63,039 nucleotides of DNA from Ichthyobacteriaceae bacterium (GTDB taxonomy: Bacteria; Bacteroidota; Bacteroidia; Flavobacteriales; JADGDT01), in NCBI GenBank assembly GCA_023145615.1, contig JAGLDK010000005.1, positions 1-63,039 of the forward strand, written 5' to 3'. The notes beneath the pieces are model-generated. The model was not told the origin of the DNA. It was given only the letters and a program-made list of their open reading frames with translations, and did not search any database. Shown piece by piece: positions 56,358 through 63,039 of the stretch. The translations under genes and the position numbers were made by a program. Numbering within the stretch: the stretch's first letter is position 1; each line of letters starts with the position of its first letter.

Positions 56358-57095
56358 TTAATCTTTACTCGAAATTTTAGATAATAACTTTAGCATTTCA
56401 ATATAAAGCCAAATTAAAGTAACTAATAATCCAAATGCTCCCATCCACTCAAATTGTTTTGGTGCATTATTTCTTACTCCTTTTTCAATAGTATCGAAAT
56501 CTAAAATTAAACTTAAGGCAGCCACGGCAGTAACTACTAAAGAAAATACTATCGACATTAAAGAGTTTCCTTGTAAAAAAGAATAAGACCCAAAAAACGA
56601 CATAATCATACTAATAATATATACAGTCATAATAGCACCCATCGACGCCATAATAACAGCTCTGAATTTTTCTGTAGCCTTTATTAAACCTTGCTTGTAT
56701 GCAAATAGCATAACAAATAAAGTTCCGAAGGTTAAGGCAGTAGCCTGCATTGGTAAACCAGGAAATTTAACTTCAAATAAAGCAGACAAGCCACCAATTG
56801 CAGCTCCTTCGAAAAGAGCATAAGCAGGTACTGTAATGTGTGCCCATTCATTTTTAAAAATTGTTACCATTGATAAAATAAAGCCTCCAATAAATCCAAC
56901 ACCCATAATCATACTAACATTGCCACCTTGCATATATGTGTTCCAAGTGTATGCTGCCGAAGCAACAACAAGTAATAATGATATTAGTGTTTTGTTGATG
57001 GTGCCTTGTAAAGTCATTGGTGCGCTAGTTGCGTACGATGCTTTACCCCATACATTCTCTCCAAAAGCTGGATTTGATGATTTCATTAAACTCAT
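56358..57095 (-). CDS. Bax inhibitor-1/YccA-family membrane protein
   Basis: 245 aa with about seven TM segments. The N-terminal 'SSNPAF' and overall topology are typical of BI-1/YccA. Confidence 0.7.
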   Translation of the reverse strand: MSLMKSSNPAFGENVWGKASYATSAPMTLQGTINKTLISLLLVVASAAYTWNTYMQGGNVSMIMGVGFIGGFILSMVTIFKNEWAHITVPAYALFEGAAIGGLSALFEVKFPGLPMQATALTFGTLFVMLFAYKQGLIKATEKFRAVIMASMGAIMTVYIISMIMSFFGSYSFLQGNSLMSIVFSLVVTAVAALSLILDFDTIEKGVRNNAPKQFEWMGAFGLLVTLIWLYIEMLKLLSKISSKD

Positions 57096-57463
57096 AATCG
57101 ATTTGTTTTTGTTTGAAACAAATAAACAAAATTATTAACATGTAAACAGATAAAATTCATCAACATATATATAAATCATACCAACTATATTGTTAGATAC
57201 ATAAAATATTATTTTAGCTTGCACGCGTCTTGTTTTTGGTGTGTTTATTGCATGTTATTTACGCGTTGTTTGCATGTTGTTTAATGTAATTATTTATATG
57301 TAAGCATGTTAGTTAATTATGTGGGTTTGTTTAAAATTGAGAGTATTCATTTTTAATTATTGACATAATAAATAAAATCTTGAATTAAAGCTTAGATTCA
57401 ACTAATAAATGCAACTTTTTTATTATTTAATAACTTCCTCACTCTAATTATTAGAGAGGCAAC

Positions 57464-57500
57464 ATTAATTATTGACAATTAAAGATTAACCATTACTTAA
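57464..57500 (+). repeat. Mosaic intergenic repeat, module B
   Basis: ATTAATTATTGACAATTAAAGATTAACCATTACTTAA. Confidence 0.55.
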
Positions 57501-57531
57501 TAATATAGTAAAAAATAAAACAACATTAAAT

Positions 57532-58713
57532 ATGAATGAATTAATTATTGATTTAATACAAAAAACGGGTGTTCCGTTATCTTTTCAGAACAATATTTTA
57601 TTGCTGATAAATACATTATTACTTGTTGCTCTTGTGTGGTTTATAATGTGGATATCGAAAAGAGTAGTGCTAACTTTTGTTGATAAAGTTGTGCGAAATT
57701 CGAAAGTTAAGTGGGATGATGTTTTTTTAGAAAATAAAGTATTCCGATCGTTTTCTTATTTGGTTCCGTTAATTGCTATTGATTATTTAACTCCACTGTT
57801 TTATAAACATGGTAAAGGATTAATAAGTTTTATTGATGTGGCTACCGATGTGGCTGCTGTTTGGGCAATATATAATATAGTTACCCGCATAATAACGTCG
57901 GTAGTTGAGTTAAGTAAAGGAGCCGACAGGTATGTTTCAATTGCATTACAGAGTTTATCTCAGCTAGTAAAACTTTTTATTGCAGTTATTGCTATAATAG
58001 TTACTGTTTCAATTTTACTGAATATAAATTTATCTTCAATTTTTGGAGCACTTGGAGCCATGACGGCAATATTGCTATTGGTTTTTAAAGATACAATTTT
58101 GGGTTTTGTTGCCAGTATACAAATAGCAACTACTAAAATGGTATCGTTAGGCGATTGGGTTGCAATACCAAGTTATAATGCCGACGGTCCGTTATTGGAG
58201 CTTAATTTAGTAACTGCCAAAATTAAAAATTGGGACAATACCATTACTACAATACCTACTTACTCGCTTATTACTTCGTCGGTAAAAAACTGGGAAGGTA
58301 TGGTTGATGATGGAGCACGACGCATAAAACGATCTCTTAATTTCGACGTAAAATCGGTTAGGTTTTTAACAGATGCCGATGTTGAACGATTCAATGAAAT
58401 TGAATTGCTAAAAGGACATGTTGATAGTAAAAACGGAAAAACTAACTTAGGCGTTTTCAGAAAATATGCCGAGTTGTTATTAATGAATAATCCAGTTATA
58501 TCTAAAAAGCATACATTAATGGTGCGTCAATTACAAACTTCTCAAAGCGGAATTCCGTTAGAGGTTTATTGTTTTTCGTTAGATACTGGGTGGGTTAATT
58601 ACGAAAATATTCAAGCCGATATATTAGATCAATTAATAGCTTCGGCAAATATGTTCGATTTAAATATATTCCAAAATCCATCAGGAGACGATTTAGTTTC
58701 GTTAAAAAAATAA
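57532..58713 (+). CDS. Mechanosensitive ion channel family protein (MscS/YbdG-like)
   Basis: 393 aa with 'LLVFKDTILGFVASIQIATTKMVSLGDWVAI'. Confidence 0.7.
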   Translation: MNELIIDLIQKTGVPLSFQNNILLLINTLLLVALVWFIMWISKRVVLTFVDKVVRNSKVKWDDVFLENKVFRSFSYLVPLIAIDYLTPLFYKHGKGLISFIDVATDVAAVWAIYNIVTRIITSVVELSKGADRYVSIALQSLSQLVKLFIAVIAIIVTVSILLNINLSSIFGALGAMTAILLLVFKDTILGFVASIQIATTKMVSLGDWVAIPSYNADGPLLELNLVTAKIKNWDNTITTIPTYSLITSSVKNWEGMVDDGARRIKRSLNFDVKSVRFLTDADVERFNEIELLKGHVDSKNGKTNLGVFRKYAELLLMNNPVISKKHTLMVRQLQTSQSGIPLEVYCFSLDTGWVNYENIQADILDQLIASANMFDLNIFQNPSGDDLVSLKK

Positions 58714-58729
58714 GCAATTTTGTTGTTTA

Positions 58730-58800
58730 AGTACCATAACACAATTGTGTGTATAAGTTAATTAGTGTTTATAATAACTGTATAATTAACCATTACTTAA
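58730..58800 (+). repeat. Mosaic intergenic repeat, composite of modules D-B
   Basis: AGTACCATAACACAATTGTGTGTATAAGTTAATTAGTGTTTATAATAACTGTATAATTAACCATTACTTAA. Confidence 0.6.
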
Positions 58801-58849
58801 CAGTTTACTTTTAATTTCAGAAATTTAAAATGTTGAAATATTTATTTAT

Positions 58850-59404
58850 ATGAAAAACAAGAATATAATTAGTTTGGTTTTATTACTGATGATTTTAATG
58901 TTTTCGGATGAGGTTTTTTCTCAGAATAAAATAATAGTTAATGTTGATAAACAAGAATTGTATTTGCTAAAAGGTACTGATACTTTAAATGTTTATAAAG
59001 TTTCGACAGCAACAAACGGAATAGGAAATAAATCAGGATCAAACAAAACACCACTTGGTAAACACTCGGTAATTAGTAGGGTAGGAGAGGGTAAACCAAT
59101 TGGAGCCACGTTTGTAGGTAGGCAGTTTACGGGTAAAATATCCGAAATTATTACCGATAGTATTGATGTAGCCGATGACTTAGTGTTGAGCCGCATAATG
59201 CGTTTGCAGGGGCTTGAAGAAGGTGTTAATAAAGGAAGTGGTATCGATTCGTATAAAAGATATATTTATATACATGGCACAAACGAGGAGGGATTGATTG
59301 GTAAACCTGCATCTCATGGCTGTATCCGAATGTTTAATAACGATGTTATTGATTTGTTTAATAAAACAGAAATAGGTACGCAAGTTAATATTGTAAAAGA
59401 GTAG
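58850..59404 (+). CDS. L,D-transpeptidase (YkuD domain)
   Basis: 184 aa with a signal peptide and the 'IHGTNEEGLIGKPASHGCIRM' catalytic His/Cys motif. Confidence 0.8.
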   Translation: MKNKNIISLVLLLMILMFSDEVFSQNKIIVNVDKQELYLLKGTDTLNVYKVSTATNGIGNKSGSNKTPLGKHSVISRVGEGKPIGATFVGRQFTGKISEIITDSIDVADDLVLSRIMRLQGLEEGVNKGSGIDSYKRYIYIHGTNEEGLIGKPASHGCIRMFNNDVIDLFNKTEIGTQVNIVKE

Positions 59405-59541
59405 AATTTAAGGGGTTTAAAATTCGATAAATTTAGTTGTTTTTTGTGCTGTATAAATTTAATAGTTTTGTATATTTAACGTAGTAAAAAGCTCAGGTAT
59501 AAAAAAAAATGAGTATTATTTGTGTGGAACAAATAAATTTA

Positions 59542-59549
59542 TATCTTTG
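59542..59549 (+). promoter_or_regulatory. -7 box TATCTTTG for the tRNA-Gln array
   Basis: An exact TAnnTTTG match 24 nt upstream of tRNA copy 1. It is part of the block TATCTTTGCACCCGCAA, which is shared with 62969. Confidence 0.55.
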
Positions 59550-59572
59550 CACCCGCAATCAGGAAATTATTT

Positions 59573-59643
59573 TGCCCCATGGTGTAATGGTAACACATCG
59601 GTTTTTGGTACCGCCATTCAAGGTTCGAGTCCTTGTGGGGTAA
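59573..59643 (+). tRNA. tRNA-Gln (anticodon UUG), copy 1
   Basis: Hand-folded cloverleaf. The acceptor stem is TGCCCCA/TGGGGTA, the D stem is GTGT/ACAC, the anticodon loop is TT-TTG-GT, and the T arm is CAAGG-TTCGAGT-CCTTG. No CCA is encoded. Confidence 0.85.
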
Positions 59644-59678
59644 CTTCTTTTTTTGCTTGTTCATTCAAATATTGTAAT

Positions 59679-59749
59679 TGCCCCATGGTGTAATGGTAAC
59701 ACATCGGTTTTTGGTACCGCCATTCAAGGTTCGAGTCCTTGTGGGGTAA
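59679..59749 (+). tRNA. tRNA-Gln (anticodon UUG), copy 2
   Basis: Its 71-nt sequence is identical to copy 1. Confidence 0.85.
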
Positions 59750-59789
59750 CTTCTTTTTTTTAAGAATTTACAATATTTATACATAATGA

Positions 59790-59860
59790 TGCCCCATGGT
59801 GTAATGGTAACACATCGGTTTTTGGTACCGCCATTCAAGGTTCGAGTCCTTGTGGGGTAA
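59790..59860 (+). tRNA. tRNA-Gln (anticodon UUG), copy 3
   Basis: Its 71-nt sequence is identical to copy 1, and terminators follow at 59872-59905 and 59938-59977. Confidence 0.85.
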
Positions 59861-59871
59861 CATCATTTATT

Positions 59872-59905
59872 AGGCTCTAAGTTTTTAACTTAGAGCCTTT
59901 TTTTT
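59872..59905 (+). terminator. Terminator after the tRNA-Gln array
   Basis: AGGCTCTAAGT-N5-ACTTAGAGCCT followed by T8. Confidence 0.8.
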
Positions 59906-59937
59906 GCCCTGATTTTAAATCAGATGTAATTGTTTTT

Positions 59938-59977
59938 AAAGCCTCGTGTTTGTATTTATACAGTACGAGGCTTTTTT
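59938..59977 (+). terminator. Second tandem terminator after the tRNA-Gln array
   Basis: AAAGCCTCGT-N17-ACGAGGCTTT followed by a T-run. Confidence 0.65.
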
Positions 59978-60117
59978 ATTAAAATGTATTTGTTGTAACT
60001 AATGCATTGTTGTTTTTTTTTGCCGTAACACATTGTATGTCAGTAAAGTTAAGTGTAGAAAATACCACAGCTACTAATGCTTTATGTTATTGATTTTTAG
60101 AGTGTTAAATTGATGAT

Positions 60118-60155
60118 TGCACATTGTTGATTTATAATTTAACAGAGCATTGATA
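60118..60155 (+). repeat. Mosaic intergenic repeat, module C
   Basis: TGCACATTGTTGATTTATAATTTAACAGAGCATTGATA. Confidence 0.5.
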
Positions 60156-60249
60156 ACAATAGTTTAACATTAAATTAATGTGTTATTATTTTGTTTAACT
60201 TGTGTGTATAATATTGTTTATCTGCTTGTGTATAATTGAAATAATATAA

Positions 60250-60257
60250 TAGTTTTG
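60250..60257 (+). promoter_or_regulatory. -7 box TAGTTTTG upstream of the porin gene
   Basis: An exact TAnnTTTG match 66 nt upstream of the ATG. Confidence 0.35.
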
Positions 60258-60322
60258 TCGCAGTTAATAATCAATAAAGGCGTGTTTGAACTAAAAACAC
60301 CTACTTTGAAATTTATTTTATA

Positions 60323-61489
60323 ATGATGAAAATTTACAAATTAATTATAGTATTACTTTTTTTACCAACTGCATTTGTCTTTAGTCAGATTAAGTATGAT
60401 GGTTCTTTTGGAAAAGGATTAAAGTTTAATACCGAAGATGATTCTTTTTATTTAAAATTCAGAACACGTATTCAGCCACGATGGGATTTTGAAAAAACAG
60501 AAGAAAGTGAAGTAAAAAATCAGGGAAAAGTAAAGCGTGCACGTTTAAAGTTTGATGGTTATTTTATTAATCCTGATTTAAGGTTTAAGATTGAGTACGA
60601 TGTAGTAGGAGGTTATGTGCGTGATGCTATGGTTAAATATAATGTAAGTACAGAATCGTTTGGAGATTTCGACTTTTGGTTTGGTCAGGGTAAATTACCA
60701 GGAAACAGAGAGCGTGTTGTATCGTCTGCCAATCTTCAGTTTGTTGATAGATCAGTTTTTAATAAATACTTTAATTTAGATAGAGATAACGGTATACAGC
60801 TTCATCATAATTTTAGTATAGGTAATGTATTAATTAGAGATAGGTATGCAATAAGCTCAGGAAACGGTATTTTAGAAAATAAAAAATCAGAAGGTTTGGC
60901 TTATACAAGTAAGATAGAAGTTTTGCCAATGGGAAAGTTTACTAAAAAAGGAGACTATGTTAGTGCTGATGTTTATAGAGAAAAAAGTCCGAAGTTGTCA
61001 ATAACTGGTTTTGCAAGTTATAACTCCGATTCTTATAAAAGTAGAGGACAGCTTGGAGAAGAAATGTTTGAAAATTTAGGTGGATTAGATGGTGATAGCG
61101 AATTGATAAAATCTGATTTATTATCTCTTGGAGCAGACATGCTGTTTAAGTATAAGGGTTTTTCTTTTGCGTGTGAAGTAGGAGAGCGTCGTGTACTTGA
61201 TTCTGATGCTAAAGAAAGCGATACATATATAGGTTATGGAGGTTTTGGTTCTAATATACAGTCGGGGTATGTTTTTAAAAATATGTGGGAGCTGTCGGGT
61301 AGATATGCGTTTGTTGACTCGTATAGCTCCAATAATTATAATATAAAAGATTACACATTAGGTATAAGTAAGTATATTGTTTATAACGCATTTAAGATAC
61401 AAGCCGATTTTACTTATAGAGAAACTGAAAAAGAATCTAAATTACTAGAAAGTACTATTGCAAGATTACAAATTGAGATGCAATTTTAA
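60323..61489 (+). CDS. Outer-membrane porin (phosphate-selective porin O/P-like)
   Basis: 388 aa with a signal peptide, alternating beta-strand pattern and a C-terminal '...LQIEMQF' ending in an aromatic residue. Confidence 0.5.
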   Translation: MMKIYKLIIVLLFLPTAFVFSQIKYDGSFGKGLKFNTEDDSFYLKFRTRIQPRWDFEKTEESEVKNQGKVKRARLKFDGYFINPDLRFKIEYDVVGGYVRDAMVKYNVSTESFGDFDFWFGQGKLPGNRERVVSSANLQFVDRSVFNKYFNLDRDNGIQLHHNFSIGNVLIRDRYAISSGNGILENKKSEGLAYTSKIEVLPMGKFTKKGDYVSADVYREKSPKLSITGFASYNSDSYKSRGQLGEEMFENLGGLDGDSELIKSDLLSLGADMLFKYKGFSFACEVGERRVLDSDAKESDTYIGYGGFGSNIQSGYVFKNMWELSGRYAFVDSYSSNNYNIKDYTLGISKYIVYNAFKIQADFTYRETEKESKLLESTIARLQIEMQF

Positions 61490-61540
61490 AATATCAAGTT
61501 GCTTACATTATTGCTTGATAGTTTAATGCTTTATGGAGCT

Positions 61541-61578
61541 AAAAAAAACCTTACCGATTAATTTGGTAAGGTTTTTTT
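61541..61578. terminator. Bidirectional terminator between the porin and the 158-aa gene
   Basis: A8-CCTTACC-N9-GGTAAGG-T7. Confidence 0.8.
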
Positions 61579-61593
61579 ATTTTAAAGTATATT

Positions 61594-62070
61594 TTAATTT
61601 CGCTCAAGTGCCGCTACTTCCGATACTTCATCTGCAACTTCATTCATAACTCTAAGCTTAATTTCTCTTTCTACATTAAAATAATCAACAACTTTAACAG
61701 GGTCAATTTTGTTTCTCATTTTTTTGTAGTATTTAGCTTCAAGATCTAGCATGTCTTCTTTAATTGTTTGCATATCTTCATAAATGGTCATTGATTCTTG
61801 CCAAGTTATGTTTTCGCGTTTGTCGGAGTACTTAGTAAGCAGTGTAATGTATTGTTCGTTCATTTCTCCTAATGTAGTATTGTACTCCTCGTAAAGAGGC
61901 CAAAAGTATTTAGAGTCTTCTAGCGATAAAACTAATGAATTATTTACAACTTCTTTTTTAATTACGTTATCAAGAGCTCTTTTTTCATATTCCGAATATT
62001 CAGTAGTTACCTGCGCAGATACTACTGATGCGGTAATTAACAGAACCAAGCTTATTATGTACTTTTTCAT
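61594..62070 (-). CDS. Exported protein of unknown function (158 aa)
   Basis: A signal peptide ending 'SVVSAQV', with no recognised domain. Confidence 0.5.
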   Translation of the reverse strand: MKKYIISLVLLITASVVSAQVTTEYSEYEKRALDNVIKKEVVNNSLVLSLEDSKYFWPLYEEYNTTLGEMNEQYITLLTKYSDKRENITWQESMTIYEDMQTIKEDMLDLEAKYYKKMRNKIDPVKVVDYFNVEREIKLRVMNEVADEVSEVAALERN

Positions 62071-62372
62071 AGTATTTTTTTTAGTTGATTAATACTTTTT
62101 AAAAGTACTGTAATAGTTTGTCGCAGTCTATAAATAACTGTAACGGGTATATTATTTCGATTAATAAATACTATTCTTTTTGTGTACGGATTAACGAAGT
62201 TTAAATCACGTTTAAAGGTAATAAGGATTCTGGGTGCTAAAAGTGTTCTATAATTTATATGTTTATTGAGGTTTGTGGTTGTTGTATTGTTATGTTCATT
62301 AGTGTAGATAAAAGTAATCAACTGCTTCGTTATTTTTTTGTGCATCATCTTATTATAATTTATTGAATCCAT
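62067..62372 (-). CDS. Doubtful ORF (101 aa, N/T/I-rich)
   Basis: Its only support is a 4-nt ATGA overlap with the downstream gene. The composition looks like translated AT-rich spacer. Confidence 0.2.
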   Translation of the reverse strand: MDSINYNKMMHKKITKQLITFIYTNEHNNTTTTNLNKHINYRTLLAPRILITFKRDLNFVNPYTKRIVFINRNNIPVTVIYRLRQTITVLLKSINQLKKIL

Positions 62373-62448
62373 TAATGTTTGGTAATTTAGTTATAGTGTG
62401 TTGAATAAAAGATATACCATATCTATGATGTCGATGTGATATTAAAAT

Positions 62449-62478
62449 GTGCATTGTTAGATGAATTTTTTAACTCCT
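62449..62478 (+). repeat. Mosaic intergenic repeat, module C (degenerate)
   Basis: GTGCATTGTTAGATGAATTTTTTAACTCC. Confidence 0.35.
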
Positions 62479-62555
62479 AAAATTATTTCAACAAATAGTT
62501 ACATTATGAGTAGTGTAACTATTTGTAAATAGAATTGTTGTTGATTTATATTTTT

Positions 62556-62706
62556 GGTTCTCTGACAAATCCCGTGATTTGATAAGACGTTATTATCGTA
62601 ACAATCGCAAAACGATATAATCTATATAGTGTTATCCTTATTTTTAGACTATAACATTTGTAACGATAACAAATATTAATATTTTCACTTGATTTGTCAG
62701 AGAATC
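62556..62706 (+). mobile_element. MITE-like element, longest copy (151 bp)
   Basis: The terminal inverted repeats are GGTTCTCTGACAAATC (62556-62571) and GATTTGTCAGAGAATC (62691-62706), matching at 15 of 16 positions. The flanks are ATATTTTT and ATATTCTA. Confidence 0.7.
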
Positions 62707-62968
62707 ATATTCTATTATTTAATTATGAGTGTTGGATATGTAGTGTGTAAAATTTAATTTAAGTTTTTAGGGTTGTGCTTTACTGTAGTTGATGAAAAAT
62801 AATAATAAAAATATTTAGTTATCATTTAATTGCTGTTTTAAATTGTAAATTACTAGTATATAATATGTTATGTTTTATTTAGAGTAGTATTTATGTATAG
62901 TGAGAAATAAAAAGGAAAAATAAATACATCTTTTTTTAAGAATAGTTTGGTAGAATGAAAAACCCGTG

Positions 62969-62976
62969 TATCTTTG
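62969..62976 (+). promoter_or_regulatory. -7 box TATCTTTG for the right-edge tRNA
   Basis: The block TATCTTTGCACTCGCAA matches the tRNA-Gln promoter block at 16 of 17 positions. Confidence 0.55.
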
Positions 62977-63020
62977 CACTCGCAAAACGGAACAATTAGC
63001 AACGTTTAGCCAACCAAAAT

Positions 63021-63039
63021 TCCTCTTTAGCTCAGTTGG
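63021..63039 (+). tRNA. 5' end of a tRNA truncated by the window edge (possibly tRNA-Asn)
   Basis: 'TCCTCTT-TA-GCTCAGTTGG' is an acceptor 5' strand followed by a D arm. The UCCUCU start resembles bacterial tRNA-Asn. The anticodon is not in the window. Confidence 0.5.

Noticed and set aside
59573-59860. Regularly spaced identical repeats that could be read as a small CRISPR-like array
   Set aside because: Each 71-nt unit folds into a canonical tRNA cloverleaf with anticodon UUG, there are only three units, and no cas genes are present.

Overview
This 63-kb chromosomal window is visibly AT-rich and has Bacteroidota hallmarks: TAnnTTTG -7 promoter boxes, A-rich leaders without Shine-Dalgarno sequences, and lpxB, surE, S41 peptidase and porin genes. 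About 57 protein-coding genes are supportable. There are also three identical tandem tRNA-Gln(UUG) genes and the first 19 nt of another tRNA at the right edge. The left arm holds an L-rhamnose catabolic cluster (FGGY kinase, two-domain class II aldolase, lactaldehyde dehydrogenase, lutABC, rhaA). It is followed by engB, rimP-nusA-infB, polysaccharide glycosyltransferases and fabH-accB-accC. The outstanding feature lies at 24.1-36.3 kb. A Crp/Fnr-family regulator is divergent from a 12-ORF operon that reproduces the archaeal Mbx/Mbs gene order A-B-C-D-F-G-H-H'-M-J-K-L-N (membrane-bound sulfane reductase, related to group-4 [NiFe]-hydrogenases and linked to Mrp). It differs from the archaeal operon in four ways: H and H' are fused; the catalytic-subunit homologue has CxxE instead of CxxC at both NiFe motifs; the NuoB-like subunit has only three Cys; and the NuoI-like ferredoxin subunit is fused to a GltD/SudA/NfnB-type NAD(P)H flavoprotein. 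The right arm holds housekeeping genes whose intergenic regions are packed with dispersed repeats. One is a MITE-like family with terminal inverted repeats and 8-9-bp target-site duplications, and another is a mosaic REP/BIME-like family. I saw no CRISPR array, rRNA, transposase or integrase gene. All calls come from reading the translated ORFs and the DNA by eye, and no database search was run.
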